From Pirellulales bacterium (lineage in GTDB: Bacteria; Planctomycetota; Planctomycetia; Pirellulales; UBA1268), in NCBI GenBank assembly GCA_016776925.1, contig JADHSL010000005.1:11916-75915 (forward strand): a stretch of DNA of 64,000 bases, in the 5' to 3' direction. The notes under the pieces were generated by a model. That model was not told where the DNA came from, did no database searches, and saw only the letters and a program-made list of their open reading frames with translations. Position numbers and translations under genes: made by a program. Of the stretch, positions 9,997 to 20,553 are shown piece by piece; positions within the stretch are counted from its first letter, which is position 1; the number at the start of each line of letters is the position of its first letter.

Positions 9997-12900
9997 ATGC
10001 TTGTAACCATCAGACGATTGCCTGCTCACGTGTTTTCAAAGTTCATCATGTGGACCATTGGATTCTTTCTTTTTGCAACCGCGACGCTTCATGCAACCAA
10101 AGCCGCTCCTACAGAAGCATTTCATTTCCAGAAAGGTGACATTGTTGCCATTTACGGGAATGGACTTGCTGACCGAATGCAACACGCCCCGTGGGTAGAG
10201 ACACTTCTACAAAATCACCTGCAGGGTATGGATGTTCGCTTCCGCAACATGAGTTTTTCAGGTGATACGGTTGACAGAAAACCACGAAGCAAGGGTTTCA
10301 CTGATGATGAAGCGTACCTTCAGCACGTTGGCCCATCCGTTATCTTTATTATGTACGGGTATAACGAATCATTTGAGGGCGAGCAGGGAGAAGCTCAATA
10401 CAAGCAGCAACTTGTTGAACTCGTTGAAAAATATCGGCGACTACGCAAAGAAAAAGGCTGTGACGTTCGGTTTGTCCTCTTCAGCCCTATTGCCTATGAA
10501 CAAACGGGCAGCCCAAATCTTCCCGATGGCACCCAACTCAACACGAACCTAGCCATCTATACCGAAGCGACTCGGCAGGCTGCTACGGAAGCGAAAGCTA
10601 CTTTTGTTGACCTCTATGGCCCAACTTCTCAGCGATTTGCAGAAGGCAAGAAGCAACTGACACACAATGGCATTCATTTAAATGAATCTGGCTACTGGGA
10701 ACTTGCTGACATCATAAGTACATCACTTCTGAACAAACCGACACTGACTCAATCGAATTTAGAAACTACTTACGACGCTGTAACCAAAAAAAACTGGACA
10801 TGGCACAATCGTTATCACGCGACCGACGGTAATGACGTTTGGGGATCTCGTTCGACGCTTACATTTGTTGATGGGCAAAGCAATGCTGATGTCTTGCGAA
10901 ACGAACTAGTCATGCTTGATGTAATGGCAGCGAACCGTGATGAGGTCGTTTGGGCTGCTGCAAATGGACAAACAATTACGGTCGATGATAGCAACGTTCC
11001 ACCACCGGTGAAGGTTATTTCTAATGTGGGGGGCGGTAGTAAAAGCTCAAGTGCTGACAAAGAAGGCAGCGTTACGTATCTCAGTCCAGAAGAAAGTGTT
11101 GCCCAAATTTCTGTACCCGAAGGCTTTGAACTGAATGTCTTTGCGTCTGAAGAAATGTTTGAAGACTTTGCAAATCCAGTGCAGCTACAAGTCGATGGAA
11201 AAGGGCGGCTCTGGGCGGCATGCTGGAACACGTATCCGAAGTGGGAGCCACTTAAGGAAATGAACGATGCCCTCGTAATTCTTGAGGACAACGATCGCGA
11301 TGGTGTAGCAGACACACGGAAAATATTTGCCCATGTCCACAATCCGCTGGGTTTTGAATTCTGGGGGGGTGGTGTGGTTGTCACGTCTGGGCCCGACTTG
11401 ATCTTCCTTCAAGACACCGATGGTGATGATGTAGCAGACGTTCGCTACCCGCTGCTCCAAGGCCTGGGAACTTCTGACACGCATCACGCTGCCAACAATC
11501 TGATATATGGACCGGACGGTGGAATCTACTGGCAGAGTGGTATCTTTCTTATCAACAACCACGAAACACCGTGGAAGCAAAATCTTGCCATCGGCGAATC
11601 AGGGATGTATCGATTTGACCCTCGAACATTTGCGATTACTCCGCATGCAGCAAACAAGCCAAATCCACATGGGACGAGTTTTGATTATTGGGGCTATTGC
11701 TATGCAAATGATGGCACCGGTGGCCGTTCCTATCAGGTGCGACGAGAAGGCAACGGCTTCAAAATGCACACACTATTAGAAAAAGAGTTCCGGCCTGTTG
11801 CAGCAAACGAAATATTATCTTCAGCCCATTTCCCTGAAGACATGCAACAGGATTTCCTTATTTGCAATACGATCGGCTTTCTTGGAATCCGCCAATATGA
11901 CCTCGATCGTGGTGAAGGTCTTTCAGCACAGCCAACCGAGCCAAAGGAAAGCCTTAGCTACGTTGAAGTAACAAAGGATGGACGTCTTATAACCGTCAAT
12001 CACCCTGCACTCAAAAACAAAAAGATTACTTCATTCAAATTAAGTGTTCCCGGAAAACAGCAAATGAATCTCTGCGAAATTGAAGTGATTTCGGAAGCTG
12101 CAGCACTCGTTCACGGAACGAGACATGTCACAAAAAATGTCAAGCTAAGCCAATCGAGTGAATACAACAAAGGCATGTATCCAGCCACATTGCTTGCCGA
12201 CGGAAACAAAAAGACGTTTGCCCACACATCGATACAGATGAATCCCTGGATGAAAGGTGACTTTACCGAACCTGTTGAAATCTCAGAACTTCGAATATGG
12301 AATCGCGAAGGATTCGAAGACCGGTTTGATAATGGAAAGGTCGACTTTTTTGACAACGATACCTTAATAGCAACCGTGAACGTTGAGATTCCTAATGGCA
12401 ACGGGACCGCGAGTCACGAACGTCGTTTCGGAGAAGTTTGGGGAACTCCTGTTCAAGACGTCCTCAACAGTAATGATCGAAACTTTCGGCCAACTGACGC
12501 GATTGTCGGTGAAGATGGCGCATTGTACGTAGCTGATTGGCAAAACGTCATTATCGGCCACATGCAGCACAACATTCGCGACCCAAATCGTGATCATACC
12601 CATGGGCGAATCTTTCGACTCACAGTAAAGAATCGACCGTTACAGAAACCGGTAGCTATTTCAGGCCAACCTATTGAGAATCTTCTCGAAAATCTAAAGC
12701 ATCCCGTGAACGGTGTTCGTCATCGCACACGCATAGAACTGAGCGGACGTGATTCTGATGCTGTAATAGAGGCAACACAAAAATGGATGGGTAGCTTTGA
12801 CCCAAATAACCAAACCGAAGCCCATCATCTTGTTGAAGCATTATGGCTACACCAACAACATAACGTCAAAAACCGGCCGCTTCTTGATATTTTGTTGAAC

Positions 12901-14001
12901 TCCACTGTCCAGCACGCTGTCGAGGCAGCGAAAACAGTTGAACACTTTTGGACAAAAGTCGATGTCGAAATCGGTAGTGGATTTGCGGCACCAGCAGAGA
13001 GTGATTTCGTCAAATTCGAGATACCAAAGCATCTCAATCGCAAAGATCGTAAGACGTATAAAATTGGGGCCGAAATTTATCAGCGTGAAGCCCACTGCAG
13101 CACGTGTCATCTAACTCACGGAAAGGGGAATGGCATTATCTATCCATCCCTTGTTAATAGTCCGTGGGTAAATGGCAGTGAAGAAAGGCTGATTAAGGCA
13201 ACACTTCACGGCATGTGGGGGCCCATGGAAGTACATGGAAAAAAATACGATCCGGCTCGGGGTGTCCCTCCTATGACAGCCTTCAGGAATCTTCTCAATG
13301 ATGAAGAACTGGCTGCTGTTTTGACATTTGTGCGGAACACGTGGGGCAACGAGGCAACTACAGTTTCACCAGAGACCGTCAAGCAGATTCGATCGGCGAC
13401 ATCTGATCAAACAACCTTCTGGAAGCCTGCTGAACTTTTGGCTGACCATCCACTTGAACCAGAATTAGTAGCTGCCGCTCAATCAGAGCAACAGGTTTTT
13501 TCAAATATCGCACTTGAAAAAACATTACTTGCGACACCTGCTGATGAGCTTGCACGCACCGCAATGAAGCAAGGCAACACCAAACGGGGGAAAAACATTT
13601 TTTATAAGTCGGCTGCAGCATGCGCAACCTGTCATCATCCACCAAAGGGCGGGATCCGCCTTGGTCCAGACCTGCAGGAGCTCAAGACAAAACGGACCCC
13701 AGAGCAACTTGTTGAGTCACTACTCTACCCTTCCAAATTGATTGACAAGGATTACGTACAAGTAACCGTTATTACAAACGATGGGAAACAGCAGACCGGA
13801 ATAAGAGAGTCTGAGAACGACAAAGAAATTCTACTACGAAATCTTGCTCAGCCAAAACCAGTGTCTATCCAAAAAGATGACATTGATGAAATCTTTGAGT
13901 CGCCTATCTCACTGATGCCAGAGAATCTTGTCCGGCAGCTTAAAAACAGGCAAGAATTCAACGATTTGATGCGGTATGTCCTCGAAGTTCGTAAACGGTA
14001 G
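9997..14001 (+). CDS. PVC-type heme-binding CxxCH protein (SGNH-like domain, beta-propeller, lectin-like insert, HEAT-like region, two cytochrome c domains)
   Basis: Signal peptide, GYNES and NGIH (SGNH-like), [28 protein letters not shown]...GRIFR, CSTCH, CATCH, GPDL, SLMPE. ORF is open from 9892. Confidence 0.88.
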   Translation: MLVTIRRLPAHVFSKFIMWTIGFFLFATATLHATKAAPTEAFHFQKGDIVAIYGNGLADRMQHAPWVETLLQNHLQGMDVRFRNMSFSGDTVDRKPRSKGFTDDEAYLQHVGPSVIFIMYGYNESFEGEQGEAQYKQQLVELVEKYRRLRKEKGCDVRFVLFSPIAYEQTGSPNLPDGTQLNTNLAIYTEATRQAATEAKATFVDLYGPTSQRFAEGKKQLTHNGIHLNESGYWELADIISTSLLNKPTLTQSNLETTYDAVTKKNWTWHNRYHATDGNDVWGSRSTLTFVDGQSNADVLRNELVMLDVMAANRDEVVWAAANGQTITVDDSNVPPPVKVISNVGGGSKSSSADKEGSVTYLSPEESVAQISVPEGFELNVFASEEMFEDFANPVQLQVDGKGRLWAACWNTYPKWEPLKEMNDALVILEDNDRDGVADTRKIFAHVHNPLGFEFWGGGVVVTSGPDLIFLQDTDGDDVADVRYPLLQGLGTSDTHHAANNLIYGPDGGIYWQSGIFLINNHETPWKQNLAIGESGMYRFDPRTFAITPHAANKPNPHGTSFDYWGYCYANDGTGGRSYQVRREGNGFKMHTLLEKEFRPVAANEILSSAHFPEDMQQDFLICNTIGFLGIRQYDLDRGEGLSAQPTEPKESLSYVEVTKDGRLITVNHPALKNKKITSFKLSVPGKQQMNLCEIEVISEAAALVHGTRHVTKNVKLSQSSEYNKGMYPATLLADGNKKTFAHTSIQMNPWMKGDFTEPVEISELRIWNREGFEDRFDNGKVDFFDNDTLIATVNVEIPNGNGTASHERRFGEVWGTPVQDVLNSNDRNFRPTDAIVGEDGALYVADWQNVIIGHMQHNIRDPNRDHTHGRIFRLTVKNRPLQKPVAISGQPIENLLENLKHPVNGVRHRTRIELSGRDSDAVIEATQKWMGSFDPNNQTEAHHLVEALWLHQQHNVKNRPLLDILLNSTVQHAVEAAKTVEHFWTKVDVEIGSGFAAPAESDFVKFEIPKHLNRKDRKTYKIGAEIYQREAHCSTCHLTHGKGNGIIYPSLVNSPWVNGSEERLIKATLHGMWGPMEVHGKKYDPARGVPPMTAFRNLLNDEELAAVLTFVRNTWGNEATTVSPETVKQIRSATSDQTTFWKPAELLADHPLEPELVAAAQSEQQVFSNIALEKTLLATPADELARTAMKQGNTKRGKNIFYKSAAACATCHHPPKGGIRLGPDLQELKTKRTPEQLVESLLYPSKLIDKDYVQVTVITNDGKQQTGIRESENDKEILLRNLAQPKPVSIQKDDIDEIFESPISLMPENLVRQLKNRQEFNDLMRYVLEVRKR

Positions 14002-14023
14002 TTTGGCTGCCTGTTATTTCAAA

Positions 14024-14106
14024 TGCCGGAGGTGGGACTTGAACCCACACGCCCTTGCGGGCAACGGATTTTGAATCCGTCGCGTCTGCCATTCCGCCAC
14101 TCCGGC
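14024..14106 (-). tRNA. tRNA-Leu(CAA)
   Basis: Reverse complement GCCGGAGTGGCGGAATGGCAGACGCGACGGATTCAAAATCCGTTGCCCGCAAGGGCGTGTGGGTTCAAGTCCCACCTCCGGCA folds into an acceptor stem, anticodon arm ACGGA-TTCAAAA-TCCGT, long variable arm and GTTCAAG T-loop. CCA is not encoded. Confidence 0.97.
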
Positions 14107-14192
14107 TGATATACCGAAGATTACGCCACAGCAGCCTGTTTTGCTAGCAGCGGTCTCGCTGCCGCAGCAGGACGTCTGCTAGGGTTTTCCCC

Positions 14193-15458
14193 ATGGATGT
14201 TTATGTATACGAAGATTCTGTTGTCCCTACCCTCGGACCGCTTATCACGGCGCGGCCGGCATGTGATATCACAATTGGCACAATCGCTCTCTATGAGATG
14301 CTCACTCAGCTTGGTGACGTTCAACGCCTTTTGCGACCATATCTGCAGCACTACGTCAACAGCCTAGGCACTGATCGAATACCTCATTGGGGGTCCGTCA
14401 CGACATCAAAGTGCTCTCTTCAGAAACCCGTAGAGGGGTATGTGCTTTTTGTGAACGCCCGCCTTGTACCAAGTAGAACAAACCTGTCTACGCTCAAGGA
14501 ACTGATTGACAGAAAACAAAGTGGTAGAATTCTTGCTGGAGAAACATTAGCTGCCGCGCTCATTGAGCAACGAAATAACGAAGTCCTTCTAGAAACTTTT
14601 GTATCAGGAAAAGATTCTTCTGAAGGACTTGTTGAGGAAATAAAAGCACCTCTTATTGATTCTGAACTTCAACTGATTCAGTCTCCACAAGATTTTCTTA
14701 CAGCCCATGAGAATTCTATCGACGACATGGTGGCCCTGGCCATTGACTCTGGACAATACATCGAATCACGACCTGGGCTTTTTCTAAAAAGAAAAGGTGA
14801 TTCAGCTACCTCAACAGTCATTGATGATTTCGTATCGATTCGATCTGGCCCTGTTCTTATTGATGAAGATGTGAATGTTGGGCCATTCTGTTGCCTTGAT
14901 GGCCCATTAAAAATTTGCTCGGGTACAAGAATTCATCCTCACTCCTGGCTGGGTCCAGCTACTGTTGTTGGTCGAGACTGTCGCCTTGCGGGAGAAGTAA
15001 CTGCTTCAGTCATCGAATCTTTTTCTAATAAGGCGCATAACGGGTTTCTTGGCCACAGTCACCTTGGCAGTTGGGTTAACCTTGGTGCAGGAACTATCAC
15101 GAGCAATCTTAAGGTGAGCTATGGCGCCATCCGGCTCAACCTGAGTCGCAATGAAATTCTTCAGACAGACCGACAGTTCTTTGGAACACTTTGTGGCGAT
15201 TTCTCAAAAACTGCAATCCATACCTCTCTACCATGTGGTGCACTCATTGGTGCGGCTGCGACCCTGGCGGGCAGGCCAGCCGCTTTCGTGCCATCACTCT
15301 GCTCACAACTTGGAAACGAGTCTCCGGAGACAACCGCAACCGTTGAACAGGTCGTGACTGCTCTTGGTAGAATGATGAGTCGTCGTGGTATCCAACCCCA
15401 CCCAGCAGACAGCGACCTTATTACAGCTATTTCCGAATTATCGAAGCCTGACTCATAG
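14193..15458 (+). CDS. Putative sugar nucleotidyltransferase (GlmU-like, left-handed beta-helix)
   Basis: LGPLITARPACDITIG N-terminus; hexapeptide region and NKAHNGFLGHSHLGSWVNLGAGTITSNLK. Confidence 0.8.
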   Translation: MDVYVYEDSVVPTLGPLITARPACDITIGTIALYEMLTQLGDVQRLLRPYLQHYVNSLGTDRIPHWGSVTTSKCSLQKPVEGYVLFVNARLVPSRTNLSTLKELIDRKQSGRILAGETLAAALIEQRNNEVLLETFVSGKDSSEGLVEEIKAPLIDSELQLIQSPQDFLTAHENSIDDMVALAIDSGQYIESRPGLFLKRKGDSATSTVIDDFVSIRSGPVLIDEDVNVGPFCCLDGPLKICSGTRIHPHSWLGPATVVGRDCRLAGEVTASVIESFSNKAHNGFLGHSHLGSWVNLGAGTITSNLKVSYGAIRLNLSRNEILQTDRQFFGTLCGDFSKTAIHTSLPCGALIGAAATLAGRPAAFVPSLCSQLGNESPETTATVEQVVTALGRMMSRRGIQPHPADSDLITAISELSKPDS

Positions 15459-15620
15459 TGACTGCCTCCGCCAACTTGATATCAATCGAAGCAGGTGCCT
15501 TCCGTTGTGAATCTGTGATTTTAAACATTCTCTGTTAGGGTAATACCCAGGCGTGCGGTTTCTACATAAGCCTTTTTCCATCTCCTACCTTATTTCCTTC
15601 CGTTGCAGAAAGGAATCGTT

Positions 15621-16499
15621 GTGACGCAGCAAGTTAGTTATGCGAAAGAATCGTTCGATCTCTCCTTCGAGTTATTTCCCCCAAAAACGGCTGAATCTGA
15701 GGCCATGCTTTGGCAAACCGTCGATGAGCTGATGGGGTTTGATCCTACGCTCATAACCTGCACCTACGGAGCCGGAGGTTCGACCCAGACAAAGACTCTT
15801 GAGGTATTGGATGGTGTTCTCGTGCGATACCCAACTGTTGCTGTTGCAAGCCATCTTACCTGCGTTGGCCGAACGACGGATCAGCTGAGAGAATACCTCC
15901 GAGAAGCTCAACAAAGGGGGGTGACTTCAATTGTCGCATTGCGCGGCGATCCGCCACAGGGCGAGACTACTTTTACTCCAATCGCCAATGGCCTTCATTA
16001 TGCTGTCGAGTTGGTAGCTCTTATTAAACAAGAGTTTCCTGAATTAAGAATTCTGGTTGCTGGCTATCCAGAAACCCATCAGGAAGCAGTCAGCCCTGAA
16101 GTTGATCTTGAACACCTGAAAGAGAAATGCAACGCAGGTGGTGATACGGTTGTAACGCAATTGTTCTATGACAACACCGACTTTTTCCGGTTCCGAGATC
16201 GCTGTTCTTCAATTGGTATCACCAAACCAATTATCCCAGGGCTGATGCCCGTTACAAATTTCAAACAGATCAAGCGAATTGCAACTCTGTGCAAAGCTCG
16301 ACTACCAAATAGTTTTACACACGCACTCGAAAAAGCTGGTGATGATGCCGATGCACAATTTGAAGCGGGTGTAGACTATGCATCAAAACAGGCTGAAGAA
16401 TTACTCTCTAATGGTATACCTGGCATGCACTTGTATGTTCTCAACAAGTCTCCTGCCGCAATACGTGTTCTTGAACAGGTCGGTATGACAAGGCCCTGA
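15621..16499 (+). CDS. metF: 5,10-methylenetetrahydrofolate reductase
   Basis: SFELFPPK, TYGAGGST, HLTC, ALRGDPP, AGYPETH, TQLFYD, HLYVLN. GTG start preceded by AAGGA. Confidence 0.95.
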   Translation: MTQQVSYAKESFDLSFELFPPKTAESEAMLWQTVDELMGFDPTLITCTYGAGGSTQTKTLEVLDGVLVRYPTVAVASHLTCVGRTTDQLREYLREAQQRGVTSIVALRGDPPQGETTFTPIANGLHYAVELVALIKQEFPELRILVAGYPETHQEAVSPEVDLEHLKEKCNAGGDTVVTQLFYDNTDFFRFRDRCSSIGITKPIIPGLMPVTNFKQIKRIATLCKARLPNSFTHALEKAGDDADAQFEAGVDYASKQAEELLSNGIPGMHLYVLNKSPAAIRVLEQVGMTRP

Positions 16500-16507
16500 A
16501 AAAAGCT

Positions 16508-16993
16508 CTACGATTGGGCCTGCCGGGGCGGAAGATCATTGTCCATACTGCTGATGTAGCTTCGTAAACGCTGGAGTTCATCGCTCACATGACGTAACTT
16601 CAGCATGTTTTCAACTCGTTTCACCAACTCAATTTTATTCACCGGCTTTGAAAGAAAATCGTCTGTGCCGGCCTCTACTGCACGTTCGATATCACCAAGT
16701 TCCCCAAGTGCCGTCACCATCAAAACCATAATATGTCGAGTCGTCGGGTCTGCTTTGAGTTGCTGACACACTTCAAAGCCGGATAATTTTGGCATCATAA
16801 TGTCGAGAAGAATGATATCCGGCTTGAATGATGCGACTCTTTCTAAGGTATCAGAGCCATCAACTGCTGTCGCAATTTCGCAGTCAACATCAGCCAGGTA
16901 TACCTCAAGAAGCTCACGATTTGGCTCGTTGTCATCCGCAATAAGAATCCGGCTCGTTGCGGTGGACGATGAATCACTATTGTTTTTTTGCAT
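16508..16993 (-). CDS. Single-domain response regulator (receiver + short C-terminal helix)
   Basis: ILIADD, LLDIMMP (phosphoacceptor Asp), VTA, FLSKP. Confidence 0.92.
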   Translation of the reverse strand: MQKNNSDSSSTATSRILIADDNEPNRELLEVYLADVDCEIATAVDGSDTLERVASFKPDIILLDIMMPKLSGFEVCQQLKADPTTRHIMVLMVTALGELGDIERAVEAGTDDFLSKPVNKIELVKRVENMLKLRHVSDELQRLRSYISSMDNDLPPRQAQS

Positions 16994-17040
16994 AGAAATA
17001 AACGCGTGTTCAAAAGCTTTGTTGTACTGCAGATAGAGTA

Positions 17041-17580
17041 TCAGGGAAGCTGAAAAATTGATTGGCTTTTTACGATTGCAAACTCTTCTGGAAATGTATG
17101 GAAAGCTTGTATCAGAAGGCTACTTGTCCGAGTTTCGACATTCACCCAACTAATAGCCCCAATGCCGAGACGTCCACCAGATTCAAACCGATGAAATAAA
17201 CCTTGTGAAATGCCATCGGCTGATAATTCCTGCTGAAATGTCCAAAATACATCCGGACGCACCCGCTCCAGCTGGAAACTCGTTTCATAACAGACGCCGT
17301 TTGCGCACTCCAGAGAGTCCGTACGTTCCCCCTGAATAGGATGAGAGAGGAGCTGCCTCTTTTTAGGAAGAGGCTGTTGATCTGAGGTGGCAACCTCCAC
17401 CAGGGTCAAACTACCGCTATTCCATGAAACCGTGTGCCCACTCCCGGTTATTGCAATCTCGGCCTGAAAATTACCTCGTTCGACATATCGCACTGCATGT
17501 CGCTGGAAGAGTTCCGGATGCAAGGAACGACCGTAAAGCCGAAAAACCAAGTCAGTGACACTAGGACGGGCTGAAATCAA
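17041..17580 (-). CDS. DUF2617-like protein
   Basis: RPSVTDLVFRLYGRSLHPELF N-terminus and FHTFPEE.AIVKSQSIF C-terminus. TTG start about 9 nt after GGAGG. Confidence 0.7.
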   Translation of the reverse strand: MISARPSVTDLVFRLYGRSLHPELFQRHAVRYVERGNFQAEIAITGSGHTVSWNSGSLTLVEVATSDQQPLPKKRQLLSHPIQGERTDSLECANGVCYETSFQLERVRPDVFWTFQQELSADGISQGLFHRFESGGRLGIGAISWVNVETRTSSLLIQAFHTFPEEFAIVKSQSIFQLP

Positions 17581-18542
17581 CGCTATATACCTCCACAGAG
17601 CATTTCACCAGCAAATCCATTGATGACCTCGTGCCCTGTAGGAAACAGTATATCGGCTTCCGACGACTGCTCCTACCGATTGGCAAAAAGCAGTTCCACA
17701 GATTTCCCAAGAAGCCATACTGCGGGGGTTGTTTGGCCCGGAAGAGCACTCAATAGCCAATAAAAACATGGCACTTTCACTCCCTCACCCGGGACACGTT
17801 CAGGTGGAAAAAGTAGACCAGTTAAAAAGCCGATCCCACACACAACACGGCTCGAATAGAGACCCAAAAATTCAATTTTAGCTTATTTTTTGAGATACTC
17901 CCGAGACCGTGCCGACGCCTCAAAAAAATTATTTCAATAGTGGTAGAAATTTTTGATGAAGAATATTTCTGAACCATGCGACCCGCATCAGTGATAACTT
18001 GCGGACAAGCGAGACAGTGCTTGACAGGATCAAACAACGACACAGAATGCACATGTGATGGAAATTATTCATCACGCTGTAATGACAAATGAATCTCATT
18101 GATTTCAAGGAAATTTTTGTCTCAGACAATTACAAGAGTTTTCATTTTCAGGTAGTCTTGTTTGGCTACGAATGTATTAAAAATCAGGGGGGGAGATTTT
18201 AACGAGCTGGTCGCATTATTTATTCATTGACTGAACTCGTTCATGATGTACAACTTCGAGGAATCCAAGGGGGGCGGCGACGTGAGGGATCGACAGTCGA
18301 CGGGTTCACCTGTGGCTTGGATGTCCCCCCCGTCTTCGAGGTATATTTTATTTCCTGATCGTTTCGTACTTGCATGCTTCTCTGGAGCTGGTCGTAGACC
18401 GTATTGGAATACTGCCTACAGCATTCAAGCTGGAACTGTTTCTAACAACATGAATGCAGGGAAGGACCTAGGTGTGCTTCTTACTCAATTGGCCTGCTTT
18501 TGGTGACCTTTTTGGGCCCATGTAACGGTATGAGGATACGTA

Positions 18543-19685
18543 ATGGTCCTTCAATCCAATCGTCAAAAGGTAGCGCGCTGCCTCATTGGTTGTGGGGCAA
18601 ATGTAGGTGCCCGACGAGAACAGCTTGACCAGGCAATCGACATGCTTCGATTTATGCCAGGTATTCAGCTCATGCATGTCAGTCAGTTTTTAGAAACAAG
18701 ACCTGTGGGTGGCCCACCTGGACAACCTCCCTATTTAAATGCCGCTTGCCTCATTGAAACAACCTTTGAGCCCATTGAAGTACTCGACATGCTTTTGGCT
18801 GTCGAAAACACGCTGCAACGTTCTCGGGAAACACGGTGGGGCCCACGAACTATTGATCTGGATTTACTGATCTACGATGACTGCGTTCTGAAGACCGAAC
18901 GTCTTCAGGTTCCACATCCACGCATGACAACGCGACGGTTTGTTCTTGAGCCAGCAGCTGAAATTGCCGCCGACTTGGAACATCCAGTGTCCCGGTGCTC
19001 AATTCATGAACTTCTTGAGAATATCTCGCAACGTCACCTCCACGTCGCCGTGGTGGGTGTTCCGGGAAGTGGCGCTCCGGAAATTGCTGATGCGGTAGCC
19101 GATGTGACACTTTCGAGGTTGATTCATGCACCTGCTCCTCTTCCGATAGCTGGCTGGGGGGCGCTATCTACGAAGCAGGTATCAACAAAAGAGCCTACTG
19201 AGCAGCTACTCCTATTATCTCAGAAATACGCAGATCCTCTCTTGAAGGCCAATTGGCCTGATGGTCCACATGGCACCGTCACTGATTATTGGATTGAGTC
19301 CATTCGGTTAGCCGCAGAAAACAACTCTGCAATTGATACGAACAAACAATTCGAGAACGCCTTTGCATCAATCAGCCAAAAAACAGTCACACCGCATGTC
19401 GTATTACTGCTCAATGTGAATCGCCAAACGCTATCAGAGAGAATTGCCTATCGGGCTCATGCCGCACAACAGAGTGACGTCTTTGCTGATCTAGTTGCGG
19501 TGCAAACAATGACGACTTCTGATCAAGGAATTGCAACATTGCTCTCTTTGCAGGAGCACCTTATAGATTGCCTACTCAGTACTCAGGGCAGACAATGCCG
19601 TCCGAAAGCAGTCATACAACTTGACTCCGATGATCTTGGAAAGGCTGCGCTTGATGCCGTTGCCGCCATTGAGGGCATCTCGTAA
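18543..19685 (+). CDS. folK: 2-amino-4-hydroxy-6-hydroxymethyldihydropteridine diphosphokinase with C-terminal P-loop-like extension
   Basis: GANVG, YLNAA, RWGPRTIDLDLL, VPHPRM..RRFVLEP, followed by ~210 extra residues starting VAVVGVPGSG. Confidence 0.88.
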   Translation: MVLQSNRQKVARCLIGCGANVGARREQLDQAIDMLRFMPGIQLMHVSQFLETRPVGGPPGQPPYLNAACLIETTFEPIEVLDMLLAVENTLQRSRETRWGPRTIDLDLLIYDDCVLKTERLQVPHPRMTTRRFVLEPAAEIAADLEHPVSRCSIHELLENISQRHLHVAVVGVPGSGAPEIADAVADVTLSRLIHAPAPLPIAGWGALSTKQVSTKEPTEQLLLLSQKYADPLLKANWPDGPHGTVTDYWIESIRLAAENNSAIDTNKQFENAFASISQKTVTPHVVLLLNVNRQTLSERIAYRAHAAQQSDVFADLVAVQTMTTSDQGIATLLSLQEHLIDCLLSTQGRQCRPKAVIQLDSDDLGKAALDAVAAIEGIS

Positions 19686-19687
19686 CT

Positions 19688-20548
19688 ATGTCGACGCCAC
19701 TGGTTATTCGTGATCGTAATACAATGCGAAACCTGATTCTCACGAATCAAACAATGGGGCGGCGCATCGGCTTTGTTCCTACAATGGGCAGCCTTCATGC
19801 GGGACACACATCATTAGTTGATCGTGCAATGGCTGAATGTGACGACGTTGTGACCTCAATTTTTGTGAATCCAAGTCAATTCGGACCACAGGAAGATTTT
19901 GAGCGATACCCAAGAGATTTTGATGCTGATTTCAATCTATTGGCTCAGCATGACGTTCGCTGGATTTTCGCGCCTGACGTTCATGAGATGTATCCACCTG
20001 GTGATTCAACTCGTATTGAAATCTCTGGACCCGCTGAGCCCTACGAGGGGCAGTTGAGGCCCGGCCATTTTTCTGGCGTCGCAACAATAGTTTTCCGGCT
20101 TCTTCAGAGTACACCAGCGAATACTGTCTATTTTGGTGCGAAGGATTGGCAGCAGGTTCTGGTAGTTCGACAAATGGTGCGCGACCTTGGGCTCGACGTA
20201 GAGGTTATGACATGCCCAATAGTCCGTGACAAAGATGGCCTGGCGCTGAGTTCGCGGAATGCATACTTGAGTGAATCGGAGAGGACGCGTGCCCAAACTA
20301 TTTACGCTGCACTTCAACAAGCAGAAGAAAACTGGTGCCGTGGTTTGGCAATCGATAAGATAGAGCTGAAGGTAAGAGACATGCTGTCAGCACGAGAGAT
20401 CCGGATTGACTACGCTGATATTGTTCACGATGAATCTTTGAGAAAGATTTCTGAAGTGAGTCGCAACACCCCTGCAATTTTTCTCATCGCCTGCCACGTT
20501 GGCTCAACACGACTGATTGATAACATTCTCCTGCCATCACAGACGTAA
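19688..20548 (+). CDS. panC: Pantoate--beta-alanine ligase
   Basis: GFVPTMGSLHAGH, SIFVNPSQF, RPGHFSGV, FGAKDWQQ, GLALSSRN, TRLIDN. Confidence 0.96.
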   Translation: MSTPLVIRDRNTMRNLILTNQTMGRRIGFVPTMGSLHAGHTSLVDRAMAECDDVVTSIFVNPSQFGPQEDFERYPRDFDADFNLLAQHDVRWIFAPDVHEMYPPGDSTRIEISGPAEPYEGQLRPGHFSGVATIVFRLLQSTPANTVYFGAKDWQQVLVVRQMVRDLGLDVEVMTCPIVRDKDGLALSSRNAYLSESERTRAQTIYAALQQAEENWCRGLAIDKIELKVRDMLSAREIRIDYADIVHDESLRKISEVSRNTPAIFLIACHVGSTRLIDNILLPSQT

Positions 20549-20553
20549 TCTTT

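Noticed and set aside
1-14106. Genomic island integrated at the tRNA-Leu 3' end
   Set aside because: I saw no integrase, no duplicated tRNA 3' end and no obvious compositional shift. The genes are typical planctomycete content.
15459-15620. SAM/SAH riboswitch upstream of metF
   Set aside because: No recognisable SAM-I, SAM-II or SAH consensus elements by eye.
18243-18506. 87-aa ORF upstream of folK
   Set aside because: No recognisable motif or RBS; the region is better explained as regulatory or structured RNA.
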